NCBI GenBank assembly: GCA_050331235.1
Contig: JBHJHA010000057.1
Span: forward strand, 1 to 49,998
From: Leptolyngbyaceae cyanobacterium
Lineage (GTDB): Bacteria; Cyanobacteriota; Cyanobacteriia; Phormidesmidales; Phormidesmidaceae
DNA: 49,998 nucleotides
Reading direction: 5' to 3'
The notes below the pieces were generated by a model. It saw nothing but the letters and a program-made list of their open reading frames with translations. It had not been told where the DNA came from and did no database searches. Positions within the stretch are counted from its first letter, which is position 1. Each line of letters begins with the position of its first letter. Position numbers and translations under genes: made by a program. Shown here piece by piece: positions 11,104 to 19,381 of the stretch.

Positions 11104-12909
11104 CTACTGGCGATAAGTCGCCAGGTCGAGGGTGTGATTGCGAGAGCTGCCCCAGGCATCAAAGTCTTTGACCGCTTGCAGCCTGCCAATGTCGTCATTG
11201 CCTTGGGACAGGGCCAATTCGACCAAGGGCTTGGCCAACTCCAGCGGTGGCAGCATGCGATCCAGTTCTACAGCTTGATTGAGCTGCCAATATTTCGCAG
11301 CAAAGGCCTCGATTCCACCGTTGATCTCTTGGGTAACCTGAAGCCAAGCATCGGCATCAGATTGAGCACTACGGCCAGGATCATAGATCGGCTGCACTCC
11401 TTGCCTACTGGACTCTAGGCCAATTACAGTATGGTGCGGGGCGGAAAACATCATTTCTATCGCTACCCGATTTTGATACAGCGCGGCAATGAGCTCCGGC
11501 GACAACGCTGCGGATGTTAAAAACCCTTTCATCTCCTGGGACTGGCTCAGGGAAAGACGTTTTGGTGTGTCAGCCAGACAAAAGTAGTACCCCACTACCG
11601 ACAGATCCATCATGTCAGCGATCGCGGTTTCAAAAGCCTCCTGGGTAGTGCCGCTCCACCCCACATCGACGAGCGCCACTCGATCACCGGAGCGGAGCTT
11701 GAGCTGATACAAATAGTGAAACAGCGCCCGGCGGCTGCGATGGGCGGTTTTCAAAATTTCCTGGCGGTAAGCTCCTAAGAAAGCGGCGATCGCAGCGTAG
11801 TTCTCAGGTCCGATCACCACCCCAGACCCTAATCCCAGATCCTGTAAAACGAACTCTTCAGGCGGCGTTACCCCAATGCGCTCTAGCAGCTCCACCGGCT
11901 GTAAGCCCTCGCTACCGGAGAGCAAAAAAGGCATCAGTTCCGCAAAGGTGTGCGGCATCAGCGCGGCCAGGTTAAATGCGACCCGCGATCCCCAAAAATA
12001 ATGGGTGGGAAGCGATATCCAGCCATTGCCCTGCTGGGTCAGTCGGCTGAGGACATAACCATCCCGCGACAAAAATAACACAGCAGTCACGTCATCCCGC
12101 TGCGCTTGGGCCTCGATCCACCGGCCAAAGCCCACGGTCGCCAGGCCGCCATACAAAAAGCCCAGCTCAGCCTCTGGCGTCAGCTCAGTTTTCTGGGACT
12201 GCCAGCGCCATAGCCCACTGGCTAGAGATTTTTCAACCGTTGCTGCCCCCACTAGCGCGCGTGGGGATGGCGGCACGTAATGAAACGCTTGGAGACCTTG
12301 GGCGACAGCCTGCTGCACATCCGCTTGAGCATTGTCGCCAATGTGTAAAATTTGGTGTCCAGACAGGTTTTGCTCTGCTTTGAGTAGCTCAAAGAGCTTG
12401 CCCTTATCGCGCTTTGTGGCATTGCGATCGGACGAGACATATAGGGGAATCGCCCCCAAAGCGTACCGACTCAGCACATCCATAAAGAATGACAGGGGCA
12501 GATACATATCCGAGATAATCGCTACCCGTCGCCGCTCAGCCAAGCAGTCTTTCAATAGAGAAAACATTTCCGGATTTGGCCGAATGAGGCGGAACTCTAA
12601 GTCGGACTCTGCCTGCATCATGGCCGTGCGCCGAGCCGCATCGGACTCAGCAAAGCAGTGATAAATATCCGCCAAGGAGATTTCTGAGTTGCCTAGCTGC
12701 AACATGTATTCAAAGGCAGCGGCCTGGGCCTTACGGCGCTTTTGCTTGAACCTGGGATAGTCTAGCTGCCGCGCCAGCAAATCAAAAACATCCTCTGGGT
12801 GGGCCACCAGACGCACAAATAGCGTGTCAAAAAAATCGAAGGAAACACAATCGACCGTTGCGATCGCGCTACGCAACGATTCCAAAGTCTGAGGAGTCAA
12901 GTCAGTCAT
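11104..12909 (-). CDS. HAD-superfamily hydrolase (polysaccharide-locus type)
   Basis: SFDFFDTL motif I, ISDMY, HIGDN...D; second half has LSRDG and VDVGWSGTTQ; directly downstream of the GT2 gene. Confidence 0.8.
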   Translation of the reverse strand: MTDLTPQTLESLRSAIATVDCVSFDFFDTLFVRLVAHPEDVFDLLARQLDYPRFKQKRRKAQAAAFEYMLQLGNSEISLADIYHCFAESDAARRTAMMQAESDLEFRLIRPNPEMFSLLKDCLAERRRVAIISDMYLPLSFFMDVLSRYALGAIPLYVSSDRNATKRDKGKLFELLKAEQNLSGHQILHIGDNAQADVQQAVAQGLQAFHYVPPSPRALVGAATVEKSLASGLWRWQSQKTELTPEAELGFLYGGLATVGFGRWIEAQAQRDDVTAVLFLSRDGYVLSRLTQQGNGWISLPTHYFWGSRVAFNLAALMPHTFAELMPFLLSGSEGLQPVELLERIGVTPPEEFVLQDLGLGSGVVIGPENYAAIAAFLGAYRQEILKTAHRSRRALFHYLYQLKLRSGDRVALVDVGWSGTTQEAFETAIADMMDLSVVGYYFCLADTPKRLSLSQSQEMKGFLTSAALSPELIAALYQNRVAIEMMFSAPHHTVIGLESSRQGVQPIYDPGRSAQSDADAWLQVTQEINGGIEAFAAKYWQLNQAVELDRMLPPLELAKPLVELALSQGNDDIGRLQAVKDFDAWGSSRNHTLDLATYRQ

Positions 12910-12937
12910 ACATCAGTCGGCATCAGCCCTCAATGGC

Positions 12938-15472
12938 TCAATTGGCATAGTCAAAATGAAGGCTGTTGGGCTGTAGGTTTGGTGAAAAGAACGGATCATA
13001 TTCAAAATACTGGGGATGACGCGCATACAGCTGATGCAGCTCAGCTTTAGCAAGGCGGGCTGGGGCACCGTCTACGATTTCCGGGGCAGTGATCGCGGGA
13101 CCTTGGTCAACAAGCTGCACGGCCTGACACACGACGTTGTAATAGCCAGCTTCGTATAGTCGTATCCCCAAATCAACGTCGCTGTAGGCGATTGCCAAAG
13201 TTTCACAAAAGCCATTGACTTGGTTAAACTTTGCTCGCTCCACCATGAGGCAATCGCCGGCAACCGCCAGCCAATTGTACTCCAGCAGATTCCGCATGAA
13301 ATAGCCATAGGCGTCTTTACTCTGCCCCATAAAGGCCTGGGCTGGGCCACTGCGTAAGTTCACCATGCCCGCGTGCCTCACTTGCTGGCCAGTCGGCATC
13401 AGCAACTTGGCACCGACGGCACCAATATGGGTTTGCTGGGCAAATCCCCCCAATCGCCTCAGCCAATCTGGCTGTATGACCTCCATCGTTTCGCTCAAAA
13501 AAAGCAGCAGCTCACCGCTAGCATGGTGGGCTCCTCGGTTCATGGCTTGAGCCGTCGACGCCGCGGTCCCCGTCACCAGCAACTGAGTCGGCACGCCCCG
13601 TTCGGTCAGTGCCTCGCCATAGCGCAGCATCTCGGCCGACGCATCAACCGGCATCAGCCCGATGATTTCATAATGTGCGTCAGTGGTCTGCGCCACAATG
13701 GCATCCACACAGCGACGCCAGTTGTCCCAATCGCGTTGGCTAGGCACAATGATCGAAATTGTGGACTGGTCTGCCAAGTCATATGCCACACGAAAGTAGC
13801 CAGCCATTTGCGTCACGGGTTCTACAGAGCCAGTCACACCACGGCGGCGCAGGGCATCTTGTCTGACCAACTGTGAGGCTGCCAAAATGTAGGGCTTGGC
13901 TGCAATGTCCGCCGCCGTCGACCCTGGAATAATCCGCCAGTGGTACAGCACTTTGGGAATGTGCGCAATGTGTTGAGTATATTCCGTCACCCTGAGAATA
14001 AAGTCCCAATCTTGGCAGCCATTGTATTGGGTTCGTAAACCTCCGACCTGCTCAACCACACTCCGTCTGACACAGGCCACATGGCAGGTATACATGGTGC
14101 TCATCAGCGTATCAGGCGACCAATCCGGCTTGAAATGCGGCTCCTGAAAACCGTTGCCGGCGTTCAGCTTATCTTCATCGCTGTAGATGAAGTCAGGATT
14201 TTGGTCATTGATGCAGCGGCTCAGTTCATACAAACAATCGGGGGTTAACTCATCATCATGGTCAAGAAATACGATGTAATCACCGCTGGCCTCGGCGATC
14301 GCCGCATTGGTCGCACCCGCAATCCCTTGATTTTGCTCCAAATATCGGATCTTGAGTTGCGGATGGTGCAGCGCTGACAGCGCCTCGCGAGTTGCGGGAA
14401 GAGGGCTAGCATCATCCACCAAGATCAATTCCCAGTTGTCATACCACTGCTGATAGACCGACTCTGTCATCTGAGTCAACAGATCGATGGGCGTGTTGTA
14501 AACCGGCACCACAATACTGAAGCAGGGACGCCTTGCCATGGCGGCCAACTGTTGTGCCAAGTCAGAGGGCCGGGCTGGGGGAATGTAGGTATAGTGACCG
14601 GCGGCGGGCACCAGCGCATAGTTGCCGTTGGGTTGGCGCACAATCTGCTGGGGCACCGCCTGATCAGGTAATAGTACTGCGATCGCATGATCAACTGCAG
14701 CGGATTTATCGGAGGAGGAGGGTGACGCGGGAGCCCCCTGTTGTCCGCCGGGGGAAAGTCGCGTCATCAGTCGCCGCCATAGCGGCGGCCGTTCCCGCGC
14801 CTGACGCTGGGCGATCGACTGAGCAAAGACATCACCGGCCGCGGCTCTAAACGAGCCGTGATAGCTCGCCGCCCGCTGAATAAAGCGCGTATCATTCCAT
14901 GGGCTGGGTGAGCGGCCCTCGGCAACACCTTGATACAGATAGTGTAGGAATGGATGAATGCCCGCTGCCGCGACATCGGAGTTGCGGGCTAAGTACCAAC
15001 CACTATCAAACGACAGGTTCGGATTCCGTCCCTCAAAGCCACCAAACCATAGATAATGCAGCAGGGGATTGATACCGGCCGCCGCGACATCAGCATTTTG
15101 CTCTAAGTACCAGCCACTGGTAAACAGCGGGTGAGGATCGCGACCTTCGCCAGCCCCCTGCTCAACATAGTGCAAGAGAGGATTCACGCCGCTCTCGGCT
15201 ACGTCAACCGACTGGGCCAGATACCACGCACTGTCAAATAATGGCGAGGGATTGCGACCTTCGGACGCACCTTGAATCAGGTAGTGCCTCAGCGGGTTGA
15301 TACCGGCCTGGGCAACATCAGGATTTTCGAGCAAGTACCAACCGGCATCAAATAGACCAGAATCCGTCAGTCGTTGGGCGATCGCCCGGAGCTGCGCTCT
15401 GGCCTGTACCCGTTCACCCAACGCTTGCCATGACCAAGGCTGCATCCAGTTCAACCCATCTTTTTTCCGCAT
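12938..15472 (-). CDS. glycosyltransferase family 2, two GT-A domains, with N-terminal repeats
   Basis: SIVVPVYNT, LVDDAS, FLDHDD, YSDEDK, QDWD and LYHWR in domain 1; degenerate domain 2. Confidence 0.9.
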   Translation of the reverse strand: MRKKDGLNWMQPWSWQALGERVQARAQLRAIAQRLTDSGLFDAGWYLLENPDVAQAGINPLRHYLIQGASEGRNPSPLFDSAWYLAQSVDVAESGVNPLLHYVEQGAGEGRDPHPLFTSGWYLEQNADVAAAGINPLLHYLWFGGFEGRNPNLSFDSGWYLARNSDVAAAGIHPFLHYLYQGVAEGRSPSPWNDTRFIQRAASYHGSFRAAAGDVFAQSIAQRQARERPPLWRRLMTRLSPGGQQGAPASPSSSDKSAAVDHAIAVLLPDQAVPQQIVRQPNGNYALVPAAGHYTYIPPARPSDLAQQLAAMARRPCFSIVVPVYNTPIDLLTQMTESVYQQWYDNWELILVDDASPLPATREALSALHHPQLKIRYLEQNQGIAGATNAAIAEASGDYIVFLDHDDELTPDCLYELSRCINDQNPDFIYSDEDKLNAGNGFQEPHFKPDWSPDTLMSTMYTCHVACVRRSVVEQVGGLRTQYNGCQDWDFILRVTEYTQHIAHIPKVLYHWRIIPGSTAADIAAKPYILAASQLVRQDALRRRGVTGSVEPVTQMAGYFRVAYDLADQSTISIIVPSQRDWDNWRRCVDAIVAQTTDAHYEIIGLMPVDASAEMLRYGEALTERGVPTQLLVTGTAASTAQAMNRGAHHASGELLLFLSETMEVIQPDWLRRLGGFAQQTHIGAVGAKLLMPTGQQVRHAGMVNLRSGPAQAFMGQSKDAYGYFMRNLLEYNWLAVAGDCLMVERAKFNQVNGFCETLAIAYSDVDLGIRLYEAGYYNVVCQAVQLVDQGPAITAPEIVDGAPARLAKAELHQLYARHPQYFEYDPFFSPNLQPNSLHFDYAN
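14897..15352 (-). repeat. four tandem 114-bp (38-aa) coding repeats, FDxxWYLxxNxDVAxAGINPLxHYLxxGxxEGRxPxP
   Basis: Four units read directly from the GT2 translation with an exact 114-nt period. Confidence 0.9.
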
Positions 15473-15496
15473 AACCAAACATCAATTGAGCGATCG

Positions 15497-15739
15497 CTAC
15501 TCAGTGGCCCGACGACTTTGCATCACGTACTGCCCGTGAATATTAACGGCATAGGGCACACAGTAGGTCATGAGTGCAGACAACCAACGAGTCCGTGTCA
15601 TTTTATCCTGCGCCAGCGCCGCACCGTGATTGATCGCAAACAAAATGGTGCCAACGACTAAGGCTACTCGCACCGCCATTCCCATCATGGTCGGATTGCC
15701 CAGTGCAGCAACGTATCCCCTAACAAACGGCTGTTTCAT
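15497..15739 (-). CDS. nrtS: small nitrate/nitrite transporter, NrtS family
   Basis: VALVVGTILFAINHG and TYCVPYAVNIHG signature; two hydrophobic segments; start at MKQPF inferred. Confidence 0.75.
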   Translation of the reverse strand: MKQPFVRGYVAALGNPTMMGMAVRVALVVGTILFAINHGAALAQDKMTRTRWLSALMTYCVPYAVNIHGQYVMQSRRATE

Positions 15740-15931
15740 CACAGATTTTGGCTTTACAAATCTTCTCACTGCCATTCAACCATGGCCTGCACTGATATTT
15801 ATTGGATAGCGTTTGATCAATCTGCTTGATGCCGATGCCTAATACGCTGGTTGGCTATTGGGGTTGACCATCATTAAGCTTCAACAGTAGCCACCTAGGT
15901 CAATCAGGTATTTCCCTGACCTCACCCCGAC

Positions 15932-18040
15932 ATGACTTCTACTCGGCCCTTCAATTTGTCTCCTCGAGACCAGATTTTGGTTTGTGGTCTGGGCAGTTTG
16001 GGCCAACACTGCGTCGCTAACCTGAAAACTTTTGGCGTCCGGGTCAACGCCATTGAGCTCAAATCGGTCAATCGCTGGGAAATTGCCGAGTTGCCGGACC
16101 ATATCAACCGGTTAATTTTTGGGGATTGCCGCCAGCCAGAGGTCTTAGAAGCAGCGGATGTACGTCACTGCCGGGCCGTCCTCATTGTGACCACGAATGA
16201 GCGGGTCAATCTCGAAACGGCGCTCACCGCCCGGGTGCTAAACCCTCATATCCGTCTCGTTCTCCGTTCCGAAAAGCAAAACCTCAACACTTTGCTAGAG
16301 CAGCAATTGACTAATTTCATCGCCTTTGAGCCTACGCAGCTCGCGGCTCCTGCCTTCGCGCTGGAGGCTCTGGATGAAGCGATGATTGGCTTCTTTAAAA
16401 TTGAGAATCAAGCGTTTCGGGTCGTGAAGCGGGCCATTGCTGCTACGGATCCTTGGTGTAATAACCGCAAAGTCCATGAGGTGATCAGCCGCGATCGCCG
16501 CGTTCTGCGCTACATCAAAGCTCAAGATGCTGCCCTCAATCCTGAAGAGTGGGCGCTGCAGGCCGATCATCCCTACAGCGCCTCGGCTCAGTTTTACACC
16601 TGGCTCCCCGATGAGGTGATCCGCACGGGCGACATTGTAGTTGCTGTCGAGGCGGATGATCAGGGTGTACCAGCCTTGCCCTCCAGAGGCGAGTACACTC
16701 GCCCCCGAGCCAGATTGAGCCCCTGGCGGCGGTTGAGGCAGCCGGTGGCCAACTGGCGATCGTGGCGGCCAAGACGGGCGATCGCCCGCTATTGGCAAAC
16801 CAGCGCCAAAAACCAAATTCGTCGGGTGGCCCTGTTGTGTGGTCTGACAGTGATAGTGTTGTGCCTTCTGGGCAGTCTTTTGCTGGTTTTGACGGGGACC
16901 GCGCCGACTCTGGCCGATGCCTTTTATGCCACGGTAGTGCTTTTGCTCGGCGGCTATGGCGATGTCTTTGGTGGCGTCACCCTGCCCGAGCCCATTCCCT
17001 GGTGGTTAAGGCTGTTTAGCTTGAGTTTGACCCTCGCCGGTACCGCCTTTATCGGAGTTTTGTATGCGCTCTTAACGGAAAAACTTCTGAGTCTGAGATT
17101 TGAGTTTCTCGCCAAGCGGCCTCCCGTCCCTGATCGGGATCACACGGTGATTATCTGGCTGGGGCGCGTAGGGCGTCAGGTCGTCGAAATTCTCCAGGAC
17201 TTGAGGCAGCCCGTAGTTGGCATTACCAGCCAAACTATTGAGCCCGATGTGCTGCCGCAGATGCCGTTGATTGCCGGCAGCATTCGCGAGGGATTAGACA
17301 AGGCCAATCTCACGACGGCCAAAAGCGTAGTCGCCGTGAGTGATGACGAAATTCAAAATTTAGAACTGGGGCTGATGGCCTACCGGCTCAATCCCCATAG
17401 TCGGCTGATTATCCGCACCTATAATCAACTCTTCACCGACAAGGTAGCGCAGCTCTTTCCCTATGCTCAGGTGCTCTGTGCCTCCGCCCTATCGGCCGAA
17501 GCGTTTGCCGGTGCGGCCTTTGGCGAGAATGTCATGGGGCTGTTTCGCCTTTATCATCAGACGGTTTTGGTGACGCAGTATCAGCTCGAAGCCGGAGACA
17601 CTCTTGAAGGGCTCTTAATTGCTGAGGTCGCGTATGGATATGGCGTAGTCCCCATTTGGCATCAACCCGTTGGCCAGCGATCGCGGCTCATGCCCTCCGA
17701 TGACAATGTGCTGCAAGCGGGCGATCGCCTAATCGTGCTCTCTACCATTCGCGGTCTGCGGCGGGTGGAACAAGGAGATCTTGCCCCCCAACAATGGGAG
17801 ATTGAATTGCTGAAGGCGAATGCTGCCGACGCCATTTTTGAGGGCGGCACCGAAATTGCCCGCGTCACCGGCTGTAGCATCGGTGAGGCCCACGCCCTAA
17901 TGAATCAGTTGCCGGTGCGGTTTCCCCATAAGCTCTATTTGCATCAAGCGATTCGCCTGGTCAGACGCCTCAGCCGTCTACGGGTCAGCGCCAAAATTTT
18001 GCCTCTAGAAGACCGGGCCGGTAGACTTGGCCGGTCATAG
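15932..18040 (+). CDS. potassium-channel-like protein with two RCK (TrkA_N/TrkA_C) modules flanking a TM-pore-TM unit
   Basis: VCGLGSLG and IWLGRVG Rossmann motifs; pore-like LLLGGYGD between hydrophobic helices. Confidence 0.8.
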   Translation: MTSTRPFNLSPRDQILVCGLGSLGQHCVANLKTFGVRVNAIELKSVNRWEIAELPDHINRLIFGDCRQPEVLEAADVRHCRAVLIVTTNERVNLETALTARVLNPHIRLVLRSEKQNLNTLLEQQLTNFIAFEPTQLAAPAFALEALDEAMIGFFKIENQAFRVVKRAIAATDPWCNNRKVHEVISRDRRVLRYIKAQDAALNPEEWALQADHPYSASAQFYTWLPDEVIRTGDIVVAVEADDQGVPALPSRGEYTRPRARLSPWRRLRQPVANWRSWRPRRAIARYWQTSAKNQIRRVALLCGLTVIVLCLLGSLLLVLTGTAPTLADAFYATVVLLLGGYGDVFGGVTLPEPIPWWLRLFSLSLTLAGTAFIGVLYALLTEKLLSLRFEFLAKRPPVPDRDHTVIIWLGRVGRQVVEILQDLRQPVVGITSQTIEPDVLPQMPLIAGSIREGLDKANLTTAKSVVAVSDDEIQNLELGLMAYRLNPHSRLIIRTYNQLFTDKVAQLFPYAQVLCASALSAEAFAGAAFGENVMGLFRLYHQTVLVTQYQLEAGDTLEGLLIAEVAYGYGVVPIWHQPVGQRSRLMPSDDNVLQAGDRLIVLSTIRGLRRVEQGDLAPQQWEIELLKANAADAIFEGGTEIARVTGCSIGEAHALMNQLPVRFPHKLYLHQAIRLVRRLSRLRVSAKILPLEDRAGRLGRS

Positions 18041-18656
18041 TCCACTTTCAGGTAGTTCAGCCAAGTTTGAATATGCGTGACGTTTCTCTACCTGATCACC
18101 CACCTCAAAATAAGAGCAAAAGCCATCGCAATCCTGGTACTGTCAGCGTTGTAATGACTTTCCGACTCCATCAAGACAGATATTGACCGCCGATTGCAAT
18201 CATTCACAGGTATTTCAGATTCACTTAATCCGATCAAAAATCATGCAAGTACGGCACATCCAAACAAAAATGCTTGGGAAAAAGATGAGGCGCTGCTCGT
18301 CATCAATGGAGTTCGTACATTGCTTTGCGATCTTGATACAAAGTTAATATCGTCACGCAGGCCAACAACCCTCTGAGAGTGGGAGTTTGAAAGGCTTTGC
18401 GTCTAACGTTTAGGTCGATCTGCTACCGCTCAACCGGAACATAAATCTATCCACCTCTTAGACTGTGGCATGTCTAAACTACTTGTCTCTTAAACCTGCT
18501 TCGCCTGTGGTAAGTTCGGGGCTTCGGTAATATGTCTGTGAGGAATTTATCCCAAAGCTGATTGCAGCGAGCGGGGCAATTTCTCCCCATTGCTGCAGCT
18601 ATTCAACTCTTCTATTCACACGCTACGACCCTATTAGGCATCCAGCGATCGCATTT

Positions 18657-19256
18657 ATGACCTCTCTTTGGCCTTACTCAACGCCGGGCATCCCTGATCA
18701 GCTGTTTGAGCAATTGCCCGGCATTCCCATCAGCAAGCGAGAGGTGCGGCTGCTGATCGTCGGCGCATTGCGGTTGAGTCCCACAGCTCAGCTATGGGAC
18801 CTCGGAGCCGGTACCGGCACGATTGTCATCGAGGCGGGATTGTTGTGTCCCCAAGGCAAAGTCGTGGCGGTGGAGCGGGATCCCGATGTGGCCAACCTGA
18901 TCCGTCTGAACTGCGATCGCTTTGGCCTAACCAACGTGGATGTGGTTGAGGGTATAGTTCCCGACTGCTTGCCCAGCCTGCCCCCCCAACCAGACTGTGT
19001 GATTATCGAAGGGGGCAAATCCATGTCGGCGATCGTAACTGCGGCTTGGCATTATTTACCCGCTGGCGGACGCATCGTAGTTACCACAGGCACTTTGGAA
19101 ACGCTTTACAGCATCTCAGCAACCTTTGCCCAGCTCCGGGTCCGCAATGTCGAGATCGTACAACCAACGGTCAACCGCTTAGAAGTGCGCGGTCAACAAC
19201 AGGCATTCAGGGCCATTGACCCCATCTTTATTCTCAGCGGAGAAAAACCAGACTAG
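18657..19256 (+). CDS. cbiT: precorrin-6Y/cobalt-precorrin-6B C15-methyltransferase (decarboxylating)
   Basis: PGIPDQLF, ISKREVR, WDLGAGTGTI and IEGG motifs. Confidence 0.9.
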   Translation: MTSLWPYSTPGIPDQLFEQLPGIPISKREVRLLIVGALRLSPTAQLWDLGAGTGTIVIEAGLLCPQGKVVAVERDPDVANLIRLNCDRFGLTNVDVVEGIVPDCLPSLPPQPDCVIIEGGKSMSAIVTAAWHYLPAGGRIVVTTGTLETLYSISATFAQLRVRNVEIVQPTVNRLEVRGQQQAFRAIDPIFILSGEKPD

Positions 19257-19337
19257 TCGTTTGGTTCGCGATCGCACCCAGTCACCCGGCTGTAGCCGCG
19301 GATAAAATCCCTCTAAATGCATAGCAGGTAGGGAAAG

Positions 19338-19369
19338 GAGGCGATCAGGGTTTCAGGTTTGATCGCCTC
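19338..19369. terminator. 10-bp-stem hairpin between convergent cbiT and bicA
   Basis: GAGGCGATCA-N12-TGATCGCCTC perfect inverted repeat. Confidence 0.6.
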
Positions 19370-19381
19370 AACTGTGCCAAC

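Noticed and set aside
18194..18656. Cobalamin riboswitch, or the 60-aa ORF 18194-18376, upstream of cbiT
   Set aside because: The conserved GGGAA...GCCACTG/B12-box elements were not found; the ORF has a TTG start and no motif.
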